A stretch of DNA of 64,000 nt, from assembly GCA_051294905.1 (NCBI GenBank), contig CM119371.1, positions 37,202,001 through 37,266,000 of the forward strand, in the 5' to 3' direction. The position numbers and the translations under genes were made by a program. Positions 12,477-24,080 of the stretch are shown in pieces (within the stretch, counting starts at the first letter, position 1; every line of letters begins with the position of its first letter). Under the pieces are notes generated by a model. It was not told where the DNA came from. It worked only from the letters and a program-made list of their open reading frames with translations, and did not search any database. The DNA is from Botryllus schlosseri (lineage: Eukaryota).

Positions 12477-12712
12477 TTTCCAGAATATTATACATGTATT
12501 GCTCCAACTGTATTATCCTCATACGAAGTTAAAACTCAATACACGCGTGATACTTGACGCAGCGGCCTAAAGCAGACAAACTATAATGTACCGTACGCCT
12601 GTAATTTAGTTCTCTTCAGAGCAAATACCACAAACAATTAGGGTATTTCCATTTCCCTGTATGTAAAAGATTATCGCAGCTAAATTACAAATCGTTGCTG
12701 ACCAGTGACCAC

Positions 12713-14222
12713 CAGAGTTGGATCACTGTAATTGAATGTAATTCATTACATTTTTCAATATAATTGTAATGTAATTGTAATTGAAGCATTTTTATTTTGT
12801 GTAATTGTAATTGTAATTGTAATTTGACAAAAATTTTGCTCAATTACAATTTCAATTACATTAAATTGCTATTGAGACCTGACAAGCACTATATAAAATA
12901 ATTGACTTATAATGCATTCTCTTTAAATGTCGACAAGGAATTTGGTGGATCCATTCGCGGAAGCCCTTGACTTTTTATTTTTACCGCTGTGCTGGCCTCG
13001 GCTGCCATTGTATACAATTTTTAGATTACTAACCAACGGATGGATTCGCAACACGTGACTCACGATTGAATACGCCGAGAAGCGAACTGCTGAGCCGGCT
13101 AAAAGCAGCAGAATTGATCGTCCCATAGCTGGCGATCCAAGCGTCGAAATTTGATATGTATGGTCCTAATCGAAAGCTAGTGTCGCACTGATTCCGCTAT
13201 AAAAGTATATTTCCAGGCAATGGTACCATCCCAAAATAGTCGTGAAAGTCTGGGAATCGGCATTGTTCTGAACAATCCCTGGGCGTAATTGGTAATTGTT
13301 GTGGTCATGCTGCTGCAGCGCTCTCACTTTTCAGAACAGTCGGCCTTAAACGGCTATTTTGGAGCAGTTACATTGCCCTGACGAGATTTTATTTTGTATT
13401 TTCGGAATTAGTACATCAATAGCTTACGATAAAGAACAGATGCATCAAATTTGGACGCATGGATCGCCAGCTCTAGGACTACAAAGTTTGCTGCTTTTAG
13501 CCGGCTCTGCAGTACGTTTGTCGGTGCATTCATCCGTGACTCACATCTTGCGCATCTATCCGTGGGTTGGCAATCTATCATACGATTTCAGATCACGATG
13601 CTGCATCGTTACTTCGTCTGGCTAACTAACCAGACCACTGGATATTATATAACGTCTAATCTGACAAAGCACGGTTTTGTTTTTACTCCTCATCCTAATT
13701 CCTACGTCCCTCGATAAAAATAATATTATTCCTTTAATTATATACTATATACGCAAATCCAACACATGCATATATTATAATACTTTTTCAACGACATACT
13801 GCACCCTATCCTTAATCCTAACCCATAGGAAATTAGGTAAATAACATTTTACATTTCCAATTACGTGAGCCATAATTACCGAGCATACAAAACACGCTTA
13901 TATTACGTCACAATGACATCTTACATAGCATACTATGTAGGCACATAAACGCATTTATTACTACACAATCTGAACTAGACTTGAATTGTTGTTAAATACG
14001 ACGCTACGGTTGTCAAGGAGCACGGTTGAATTTATGATTATTCAATTACATGTTCAACAGCAGCAATTGTAATTGTAATGTAATTGAAGCATGCAAGGAG
14101 TAATTGTAATTGTAATTTGATATTTTTAGCATGGAGTAATTGTGATGTAATTGAAACATGCAGGAAAGTAATTGTAATTGTAATTGTCATTGAACTGAAA
14201 TAATGTAATTGATCCAACTCTG
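12713..14222. mobile_element. hAT-like non-autonomous element with (GTAATT)n subterminal arrays
   Basis: TIR CAGAGTTGGATCA and perfect 8-bp TSD gtgaccac. Carries an internal palindromic passenger at ~13022-13580. Near-identical inverted copy at 27457-30011. Confidence 0.9.
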
Positions 14223-16180
14223 GTGACCACACAGCATTATAAACCCTCATTTGATGCCATCTTTTACTGAGATTATCGACTAGACGAAATCACAAATTAG
14301 CGCCTTGATTGCTAAACTTTGTGTTGCGTCTGGAATTATGAGAGTTTACGTGAGTTCAAAGTCCTCCTGCGTGAGCTGGCCGCAAAATGATTTGAAATAC
14401 CAATATTTACATTATGCGGTAATCGAATTCGAGAGAGCTCGTTACCGCTGGTGGAGATTCCGATTTACCGCATTGTTTTGTAATGTCCCCCCTGGTCTTG
14501 ATCGAAAGCTATTGTCGCACTGATTTCAAAAATATGAATAAAACTATGGTCACGCTCCAGTCTTTGACGAAAAATCACCCTCAACATCTGGAATGTGCAT
14601 TGTTCAGAACAATCGGATATCCGCGACACAATGGCCATAACAATGACCCGTTGCGACTCTACGATTGTTCGAACAATGCCGATATTTCAGACTTGGAGGG
14701 CCGATTCTAGGTTGATCAGTGTCTGGTCATATTTTCATTTATATTTTCGGGATCCGTTCGACAGTAGTTTTCGATCAATACCAGATTCAGTAATTGCTGC
14801 GCTCTGGAAGATAGCTTTTGGACTATCAGAAATCCTACAGTCGCTTACGCAAAACAATTCTCCACTTCAGCGAAGCAGAACGAAGCTGCAAAATTGGTCG
14901 TTGGTGTTCCATGTTTACATTCTATAAAGCAACGCTCACTAATCGACCACGTGTGGTCTGCTCGTTATTGTAACTGTAGGTTGGGGAGGGATGATGTTAG
15001 GGTTGGGGAGGGTTAGGTTCAAAGCTGTGGTTAGGGTAGCCCAATCTGTAACCACAATAAGGCAGTTCAAAATTCACTGACTACGTTATAAAATTGTTAG
15101 ATTGGCCAAATCAATGCTGCACGCTAAATTTGGCTCAATTCCAACCATTAGATGCGAAGTTCTTGCATCAAAAGGTTTTGGATTTGATATTAAAAAATAA
15201 ATAATTCAAATTTTATGCCCACCCTGTAAAATTGTTAGGCTGCCAGTAGAGACGATCACACCAAATTGGGATCAATTTCAACCACTAGAAGCGATGTTGT
15301 TGCAGTAGAAAAATTTGGATTTGACTAGAATAGTATTTACGGCGGCTAGTCCTTACATTATTTATTATAGAATCATAGAGTTAATCATTTTTGTACTGCA
15401 ATAGCTTTGCTTCCAGGGGTTGGAATTGAGCCGAATTTGGCGTGCATCATCTCCACTGACAGCCTAACAAATTTATGGGGTAGACTGAAAATTCTAGAAA
15501 TTTTATTTTTCATTTTTTAAGTAATAAATCGAAATATTTCTACCATAGGAATATCGCTTCTACCTGTTGGATTTGGGCCAAATTTGGTGTGCAGTGTTGT
15601 TTTAGCCAACCTAACAATTTTGTCAAGTAGCCAGTGAAATTTTAAAAGGTTTTTTTTGTTGAACAACCCTAATGCACAAATTAGTATTCCAGCATTTATA
15701 AATGTTGAAATAGAGGTAGTCAGGTAGTATATGAAAAAGACAACTCGAGATAGTGAAGCTAGTAGATCAATCCACCTGTGTACTACGGAAAAGCAGAAAT
15801 ACTTCGTAACTGATGACCTCATCGAGCGTGATAAGTAGAGCCGGGAAAATCCAGTATTAGGCTTCGAGTCGAGTGATCACGACTTTACAGATGTGTCATC
15901 TCAACTAACGTGCGCAGCTTTGTACTAATGGTTTTGTATGTTGTGTTATGATCAATCAAGATTAACAGCCTTACACAGTCAAAAATTGCATCAAAATTAT
16001 TATTATCGTTAATAAATTGACTTTTAGCGACAAGAAAGATCGTATCATTATTAGAGTTAGCAAACGTTGTTACAAAATCTTTTAGAAATTTGTGCCTAAC
16101 ATTTTGCGCTTAAAGACTTCAAGTACTATGTTACCTCAATTGCTAGATATAGATGGAATCAGTAGCCATCATTTCAACAA

Positions 16181-18814
16181 ATGAGCGTTACAGACTCTCG
16201 TATTCTAACTATTCATCGTGACTTGAAATATCGTTTAGGTGATATATACAAGAGTGGGGAAGGATCAGAGGATATGCATTCCGGCGTCAAATATCATGAA
16301 TGCGATGTGTGTGGGAAGGCATTTACTGGGAAGGGTAGCCTGAAGCTTCATATGAAGACGCATGATGAAGTCAAGAACAATGAATGCAATGTGTGTGGAA
16401 AAGCTTTTACTCAGAAGGGTAACCTCAAGCTTCATATGAAGATCCATGCTGGCATCAAAAATCATGAATGTGCTGTGTGTGGAAAAGCGTTTACTCAGAA
16501 GGGTAGCCTCAAACTTCACATGGAGCTCCATGCTGGCATCAAAAATTATGAATGTGCTGTCTGTGGGAAAGCATTTACTGGGAAAGGTAGCCTGAAGCTT
16601 CATACGAAGACGCATGATGAAGTCAACAACCACGAATGCAATGTGTGTGGAAAAGCTTTTACTCAGAAGGGTAACCTCGAGCTTCATATGGAGATGCATG
16701 CTGGCATCAAAAATCATGAATGTGCTGTGTGTGGGAAAGCCTTTACTCAGAAGGGTAGCCTGAATCTTCATATGGAGATGCATGCTGGCATCAAAAATCA
16801 TGAATGTGCTGTCTGTGGGAAAGCATTTACTGGGAAGGGTAGCCAGAAGCTTCATATGAAGACGCATGAGGAAGTAAAGAACCATGAATGCAATGTGTGT
16901 GGAAAAGCTTTTACTCAGAAGGGTAACCTCAAGCTTCATATGAAGATCCATGCTGGCATCCAAAATCATGAATGTGCTGTGTGTGGGAAAGCATTTACTG
17001 GGAAGGGTAGCCTGAAGCTTCATATGAAGACGCATGAGGAAGTAAAGAACCATGAATGCAATGTGTGTGGAAAAGCTTTTACTCAGAAGGGTAACCTCAA
17101 GCTTCACATGAAGATCCATGCTGGCATCAAAAATCATGAATGTGCTGTGTGTGGGAAAGCATTTACTCGGAAGGGTAGCCTCAAACTTCATATGGACACG
17201 CATGCTGGCATCAAAAATCACCAATGTGCTGTGTGTGGAAAAGCATTTACTCAGAAGGGTAACCTCAAACTTCATAGGAAGATCCATGCTGGCATCAAAA
17301 ATCATGAATGTGCTGTGTGTGGAAAAGCATTTACTCAGAAGGGTAGCCTCAAACTTCATATGGAGATCCATGCTGAAATCAAAAATCAGGAATGTGCTGT
17401 TTGTGGGAAAGCATTTACTGGAAAGGGTAGCCTGAAGCTTCATATGAAGACGCATGATGAAGTCAAGAACCATGAATGCAATGTGTGTGGAAAAGCTTTT
17501 ACTCAGAAGGGTAACCTCAAGCTTCATATGGAGATCCATGCTGGCATCAAAAATCATGAATGTGCTGTGTGTGGGAAAGCATTTACTCAGAAGGGTAACC
17601 TCAAACTTCATAGGAAGATCCATGCTGGCATCAAAAATCATGAATGTGCAGTGTGTGGGAAAGCATTTACTCAGAAGGGTAGCCTGAAGCTTCATATGAA
17701 GACGCATGAAGTCAAGAACCATAAATGCAATGTGTGTGGAAAAGCTTTTACTCAAAAGGGTAACCTCAAGCTTCATATGAAGATCCATCCTGGCATCAAA
17801 AATCATGAATGTGCTGTGTGTGGAAAAGCATTTACTCAGAAGGGTAGCCTCAAACTTCATACGGAGATCCATGCTGGCATCAAAAATCATGAATGTGCAG
17901 TGTGTGGGAAAGCATTTACTCAGAAGGGTTGCCTGAAGCCTCATATGAAGACGCATGATGAAGTCAAGAACCATGAATGCAATGTGTGTGGAAAAGCTTT
18001 TACTCAGAAGGGTAACCGCAAACGTCATAGGAAGATCCATGCTGGCATCAAAAATCATGAATGTGGAGTGTGTGGGAAAGCATTTACTCAGAAGGGTAGC
18101 ATGAAGCTTCATATGAAGACGCATGAAGTCAAGAACCATAAATGCAATGTGTGTGGAAAAGCTTTTACTCAAAAGGGTAACCTCAAGCTTCATATGAAGA
18201 TCCATCCTGGCGTCAAAAATCATGAATGTGCTGTGTGTGGAAAAGCATTTACTCAGAAGGGTAGCCTCAAACTTCATACGGAGATCCATGCTGGCATCAA
18301 AAATCATGAATGTGCAGTGTGTGGGAAAGCATTTACTCAGAAGGGTTGCCTGAAGCCTCATATGAAGACGCATGATGAAGTCAAGAACCATGAATGCAAT
18401 GTGTGTGGAAAAGCTTTTACTCAGAAGGGTAACCTCAGGCTTCATATGGTGATGCATGCTGGCATCAAAAATCATGAATGTGCTGTCTGTGGGAAAGCCT
18501 TTACTCAGAAGGGTACCCTGAAGCTTCATATGGAGATGCATGCTGGCATCAAAAATCATGAATGTGCTGTCTGTGGGAAAGCATTTACTGGGAAGGGTAG
18601 CCTGAAGCTTCATATGAAGATCCATGCTGGCATACAAAATCATGAATGCGCTGTGTGTGGAAAAGCATTTACTCAATCGGGTCACCTCAAACTTCATATG
18701 GAGATGCATGTTGGCGTCAGAAATCATGAATGTTGTGTGTGTGGAAAAGCATTTACTCAGAAGGGGAACCTCAAACTTCATATGGAGATGCATACCGGCG
18801 TCAAAAAATCTTAA
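16181..18814 (+). CDS. Tandem C2H2 zinc-finger protein, 30 fingers (probably the terminal exon starting at 16239)
   Basis: 877-aa ORF with 30 CxxCGKAFTxKGxLKLHxxxH units at an 84-bp period. Branch-like ttctaac at 16203 and tttAG at 16237-16238 suggest splicing. Confidence 0.9.
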   Translation: MSVTDSRILTIHRDLKYRLGDIYKSGEGSEDMHSGVKYHECDVCGKAFTGKGSLKLHMKTHDEVKNNECNVCGKAFTQKGNLKLHMKIHAGIKNHECAVCGKAFTQKGSLKLHMELHAGIKNYECAVCGKAFTGKGSLKLHTKTHDEVNNHECNVCGKAFTQKGNLELHMEMHAGIKNHECAVCGKAFTQKGSLNLHMEMHAGIKNHECAVCGKAFTGKGSQKLHMKTHEEVKNHECNVCGKAFTQKGNLKLHMKIHAGIQNHECAVCGKAFTGKGSLKLHMKTHEEVKNHECNVCGKAFTQKGNLKLHMKIHAGIKNHECAVCGKAFTRKGSLKLHMDTHAGIKNHQCAVCGKAFTQKGNLKLHRKIHAGIKNHECAVCGKAFTQKGSLKLHMEIHAEIKNQECAVCGKAFTGKGSLKLHMKTHDEVKNHECNVCGKAFTQKGNLKLHMEIHAGIKNHECAVCGKAFTQKGNLKLHRKIHAGIKNHECAVCGKAFTQKGSLKLHMKTHEVKNHKCNVCGKAFTQKGNLKLHMKIHPGIKNHECAVCGKAFTQKGSLKLHTEIHAGIKNHECAVCGKAFTQKGCLKPHMKTHDEVKNHECNVCGKAFTQKGNRKRHRKIHAGIKNHECGVCGKAFTQKGSMKLHMKTHEVKNHKCNVCGKAFTQKGNLKLHMKIHPGVKNHECAVCGKAFTQKGSLKLHTEIHAGIKNHECAVCGKAFTQKGCLKPHMKTHDEVKNHECNVCGKAFTQKGNLRLHMVMHAGIKNHECAVCGKAFTQKGTLKLHMEMHAGIKNHECAVCGKAFTGKGSLKLHMKIHAGIQNHECAVCGKAFTQSGHLKLHMEMHVGVRNHECCVCGKAFTQKGNLKLHMEMHTGVKKS

Positions 18815-20375
18815 ATGTGCTGTGTGCGGGAAAACATTTACTGGGAAGGGATACCTCAAGTTCCATATGGAGATGTATGCTGGCTCCCAATTTGACTGAA
18901 ATTTGAAGTGAAATTATGACAATTTGAAATTTCAACCATTTTGTAAAATAATAGTACTGACGGTGCCGAATTTTTTCAAATGACCAAACATCATGTTCCA
19001 TGCGTTTTTATTTGAGATGTGATGAGACTGCGTTTGCGTAAAGACATTGTTTGAATACAAACATAGACGCTTATTCGCTGGAAATCGGTCAGATTCATTT
19101 TGATAGCCCATTGTTCGGATCAAGTCATCGCGAGTCGTTGCATATTTTGGCTCGAATCAAGTAAGGGTCAATTTTCGAAGTATGAGGCGTTATCCAAAGC
19201 CAATACTTTTGCTAGCTGCTGGAAAGTGGGAACACAGATTGAGTCGTCATGTATTATGAATCGTGGAACGAGTATAGAGATAATTATACATGCAAAATGC
19301 TTTCTAGCGCTGACACATAGCTGACATAGGCCTACGGAGAACTGCTGAACTACGTAAGTAACTGTGTACTATTCATAACCGCAGTTAACTGCTAACCAAA
19401 ACGGGATAGAATACGATAGAAACCTCAAGATAGTTGAAACAAATTCATAAGATGCCCATACATTACTCACCCATGAAGCACAATGTAAGCTTGCTCCTAT
19501 TGGTAACGACTAATAAATACATTATACGTACATACTATTCGTGTGGTTTAGGTCATATAAGAGGGGTGATTAAGGTGAATATTGCCGGAGTGAGAGCAGT
19601 CTACAGAACCCGGGATGTAATAATTAAATTACTATGCTTCTCAAGTTTTACAGCAACGTCAGCTGTGATCAACAATGGGGGCTCAGTAAAACGCACTATC
19701 ATCGGACGACTGGTTGTGCTCACAGGTCACACCAGCGTATCTCGAACAATTAGAGGTGGTCAGTACCGAAGTAATTCTAATTTCTGAAGTACTCAAGTAG
19801 TTTTCTGCTACTCGGGTACTTACTCAAGTAGTTCTAATTTCCTTCTACTTTTACTTCGTAATATTTATTGTGATCAACTTACTTTCACAATTCCACTTTG
19901 TCGAATAGAAGTAGTTTAATCCCACAATCAGGAAGATAGGCTGGGGAATTCAAGGGAAGTTTTCACGCAGTATCACCTTTTAATTGTCATAAAAGTTCAG
20001 TAAAGTTAATAATATTTACTGCGCAGAGTGGATATGGTGTGACCAGTATGATTTCACAAAAGTATCGGTGAATTCGATTTAGGTAGCGGGTTGTGTGGTT
20101 CCGTTCACACCGCATTGTGGACCGTGTAAAATATTTCATCGGTGTATATAAGGCTCATCATAGCGTTTAAAACTGATGTTTGGCAATCTGCTGCTTAATT
20201 ACTTGAGTAGAATTAAAGTCAGTCATTTGAAGAGACTCTTTGGGGTACAGAACTTTAATATACATGTTAATAATATATTCATAGTAAAATATAATAAAAC
20301 CCGAAGCTTTCCGAGCTGTCACTTTTCAAGGGCAATCGTCAGCAAATGGAGAATTTCAAAAACATGCATCTAGCT

Positions 20376-21237
20376 CAGAGGTGGGCCGCATGCGGCCCGC
20401 AACCCCGTTCTGTGCGGCCCGCGAGAGTCTAAAGAAACTTATTAAAAATATCGATAAAATGCGTACTGAAAATCGAATTAATGCAGGGACTTGATTAAAC
20501 TTTTTCTGACTATATTTCACCATGATAATTCTAAGGAAGTGGGTCTCAACCTGGGGGACGCGTACCCCTTGGGTCATGAAAGCATCTGAAGGGGATCGCG
20601 AAGCTGAGCTCAACTGAAAATTTTTTCGCGCTTCGCGCGATTTCCTCTAAATTCCTAATTAGTGCTCTGTATTTAGTATGAATTTCATATTTAAAAATCT
20701 CTCATCAATAGTCGTGACTTCCCATGCCATCAAACAATCCGTTAGGTTTGCTATAGCATCCTGATTGCGTTTTGTGATATGACGATAAGGGGGAGCGAAA
20801 TCTACACATAGTAGATTGCGTGTTTGAAGCTAACATGGTTATGATGCTGTCAGCATTGTGTGTCCTGGAACTGAACCCAAAGCGGAATTAGTAAATCTAT
20901 GAACTGATCACTGCTCAGTGCTCACAGATTTAAATTTCAATCCTGTTCTAAGAATCGGGACAACAGACTTTTATCTCTATAGTTTTGACTAATTGGTTAT
21001 TGAAGTCGACCAGCCTATGAAATCTCGCCATTGTTTCTGGCGCGTATGTACGATATCATCATAGCAATGTTTGGTTTGTTTCAAATAAGCATATATATTA
21101 TCTCCATGTCCTCACTATATAATCAAATACCAGCAATATTGCGTTTTGGCTTATGATCCCAATTTTATATAGTGCGGCCCGCAAATGGATTCAGATGTTG
21201 AATGCGGCCCGCGAGCTCAAAAGTTTGCCCACCCCTG
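20376..21237. mobile_element. hAT-Charlie-like composite MITE, inverted sister of 2101-4198
   Basis: Ends CAGAGGTGGG and TTTGCCCACCCCTG. Perfect 8-bp TSD atctagct. Confidence 0.85.
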
Positions 21238-21985
21238 ATCTAGCTACATTGCATACAACCAATTATGACGTCATAGAAACAAACAACATGAAATTATAGA
21301 GACTGTAGGATGGAGCGACGACCCATTGTTCTAAGTTTAGATCCGTCACGCTTGACTTTGCGGAGTAAAATTCCATTCGCGAGAGTCGGATTGTCCTATT
21401 TTACATGTAAAAGTATAGGCGATTTCGGAAATACATGGACGAATTTGACCGCCGAAAAAGGGTGGAAATATTCTAGCTAGACGTTTCAAATTTTGCATGT
21501 TACGAGGAAGCATCAATATGTTCTCACTATAAAAATTTCACAACTGGCCTCCACCCAGAACACGTTTAAAATCAATTTCCCGCAATGCCTTATTCAGCGA
21601 TAAACTCTCCGCGGCCGAATCCCGTAAACTCGTAGACAATGCTATAATTGATAAGGCTTTATGCGGTAACTGAGTGGCCGCTGATACCGATACAAATACA
21701 AAACTGCCCAAACTATTTTCTGTGCATAAGCAACCGATGAAAAAAACGAATAGACTACACGGAAAGCGGATGAAAAAGAGCGACGAAAAGATTATCACTA
21801 CATCCAAAAGATCAATATCGTACACTATTTCATCGGGCATTAGGCCTATGTTACATTGGAAGACTGTACTTGTTCGTTTTGACATCTTCTTTTCTGTTCA
21901 CTAGAGGCTACATCGCATTGTCTTATATCCCGTTGTACATTTCGCGTCTTTAGCAGTTAAAAATAATAGATCCTCCGCGGCAATT

Positions 21986-22362
21986 ATGGCCAAAAACTGC
22001 GCTATACCTGGATGTAGGCCTACCTATGTGAACATTCCGCGTAGTGATCAATCTCGTAAGAGGTCCTTATTCACGGTACGAAGACCAGAGCTGGGAATGA
22101 AGCGGCCCAGAAGCAGCACGCAGCAATGGCCAGCCTCCTTCTTTCCATCAGGGACCTCTCGAAAGGAGATCGTATCAAGACGTTGCTCCATAAGGAGACG
22201 TAAGTAAAGCAGCTGTCTCAACTTCAACAGAATTAACAGTGTAATTTATAATAGAGCCGCAATCTGCGAAAATCATTTTGAGGAGAGCGACATCATTCAG
22301 CTCAAAACCAGAAAGCAACTCAAAGTGGGAGCTCTGCCTAAGCTAAATTTGCCTGAAAGATG
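21986..22362 (+). pseudogene. THAP-domain gene remnant (N-terminus of a P-type transposase)
   Basis: MAKNCAIPGC...SLFTV, then a 1-bp deletion near 22079 (restoring it gives FTVPK). A GT-AG intron at 22200-22254 then leads to AAICENHFEESDIIQLKTRKQLKVGALPKLNLP, giving the C2CH and AVP-like box. Confidence 0.8.
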
Positions 22363-23061
22363 TAGCACAATCATAAAGTTATGCAGGGTATCTCTATTAC
22401 TCAGATCAAGAAACCAATGCACCAAACGATTCCAATTGATATATTTATTCATATAGAAAGAAAGGAAGATACCTTTTCCAAGAAAAGATCGAGTTGCCAG
22501 AGACAGTTAGGCACAAAAATATTCCAGATTTGGTACAATATTCCATACCCGATTCCCTGCTATTGATACCAGACATTCTTGCAGTGGAAACTTTTTCCTC
22601 AGCTTGGTGAACAAGTGCATCAATAATCTTCACGAGCAAAGATGCAGCAAGAAGCTGATGCTGCAGTCCAAGAAGTTCGCTTACCTGCTGGCAAATGTTG
22701 GAGTAGTATTGATAAATACCGTCAGTACCAACGTCACAGAACACAGCATTCAAGCGTTTGACAAGTGGAACAATAAGATTTAAATCCAATTCCTCAAATC
22801 GTGGTCCACATACCTGGAAATAGAATGACAATTACGGCAAGCAATCTTCAAAATGTCCATTATTCGGTCGATGTCAATTTGCTCAGTCGGTGACGGGAGC
22901 TTATGCACTTTCCCGTGTTTCTTGAGTTCCCTTACGGTGGGAAATATGGCTTCACAGACGTCACAACTTATTCCACTCCACTCATCCAATCCTTCAAAGC
23001 ATTGGGAAATTTCCTCCTCGGTGATGGATTCCCAATCCTCCCACAATGATTCTTCGGCCAT
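22360..23061 (-). pseudogene. Convergent second gene of the element: acidic N-terminus, one C2H2 finger, helical region; disrupted
   Basis: ORF 22780-23061 has CDVCEAIFPTVRELKKHGKVH. It continues in another frame (22445-22831) as a plausible helical stretch. Confidence 0.6.
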
Positions 23062-24052
23062 AACTTTTACGAAAAAGTATCGGTTATAAAGGAATCAAAA
23101 TTTCTGTGAAAGCATAATACTCAGAATTTTATTTCCGTTTTGCTAATCAAATAACAATTACCATACCGGAACAGTACATGAAGATAGCTCGCTAATTCTA
23201 TAGTATCACAGCAATGTCCTCCAATAGTGCGGTAAGTGACTTATATTTTCTCGTCGGCAAGTTAAAATACATACAGATTCTGCTGAATGACGCCTTCCAG
23301 AAGGACCATGATATGGCATACCCACTTCGCCTGCAACGAAATGCCGTTTCATTTTCATCGCCTGCCCTATTATTGTTATCTTCTATAATCATATAATACG
23401 CCACTATAATAGCTATTATATCATAAATCATCGCTGGTATTCACCGACCGTGCGCATTGTGCAGCGATTATATACCGGTATATTCATCGCTTCGTACGGC
23501 AACGAACGCAAGACCGTCACGCAAGTATCCAAGATATTCACTAATCAGGCCAAACATATTAAGACGTCCAATTAGTCACAGAGTCCGTTATAAGTATTCA
23601 ACCTCCAATACTCCGACTCATTCCCATCCATAAGCATGCATTAAAGTTAAACCAACCAAACACTAAACTTTCCACCGTCTGAATTCCATGTGGGATTATT
23701 AATGATACACGTAACAATGGGAAGCTCCCTCCGCAAAGCGGAGCGTGACCTATCTAAAGGGAGTTGAAAATATTATTGCGCGCAGTGTAAATAGAGTAGT
23801 TCAACTTATATAGATATTTCGGTATATCAATGCACTAATACCGGTATAATATCTCATATTTATGGTATTATGGGCAAAAATACCATAAATATCCATTTTT
23901 ACAAGATAATTGCTGAAAAACCACGCAAACAAAATATGTCGCGGATGAATATTAATTAGGCATTTAAATCAGTCGTCACTCCATCCTACAGTCTCTATAA
24001 TGAAATACAGGCAAACCGCGAGCGCAGCTAGTGGCCAATTATAGAGATTCAC

Positions 24053-24080
24053 CATAGAATGTAAACGTTTACATTCTATA
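24053..24080. other. TIR-only palindrome (14+14 bp) with 7-bp TSD; candidate excision footprint
   Basis: gattcac-CATAGAATGTAAAC/GTTTACATTCTATA-gattcac. The arms match the termini of 9055-14926. Confidence 0.8.

Larger units (their letters stand above)
9055..14926. mobile_element. P-superfamily-like non-autonomous element with ~150-bp TIRs, inflated by nested insertions
   Basis: TATAGAATGTAAACATGGAAC...GTTCCATGTTTACATTCTATA. Arms 9055-9204 and 14781-14926. Perfect 7-bp TSD aagcaac. Confidence 0.8.
21295..23999. mobile_element. P-superfamily-like (THAP-encoding) DNA transposon, internally deleted
   Basis: 28-bp TIR TATAGAGACTGTAGGATGGAG(C/T)GACGAC (27/28 match) and perfect 7-bp TSD atgaaat. 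Subterminal inverted GTCACGC...CTTTGCGGAG blocks. THAP coding remnant inside. Confidence 0.85.

Noticed and set aside
13359..13717. ORFs conserved between 13359-13717 and 27980-28338
   Set aside because: Conservation reflects recent duplication of a non-autonomous transposon; no protein motifs.
16290..18800. CRISPR-like regular repeat array
   Set aside because: The 84-bp units are contiguous, in-frame coding repeats with no unique spacers, in a eukaryotic context.
16265..18859. 864-aa antisense ORF
   Set aside because: Shadow of the repeated zinc-finger codons; long antisense ORFs are common opposite C2H2 arrays.
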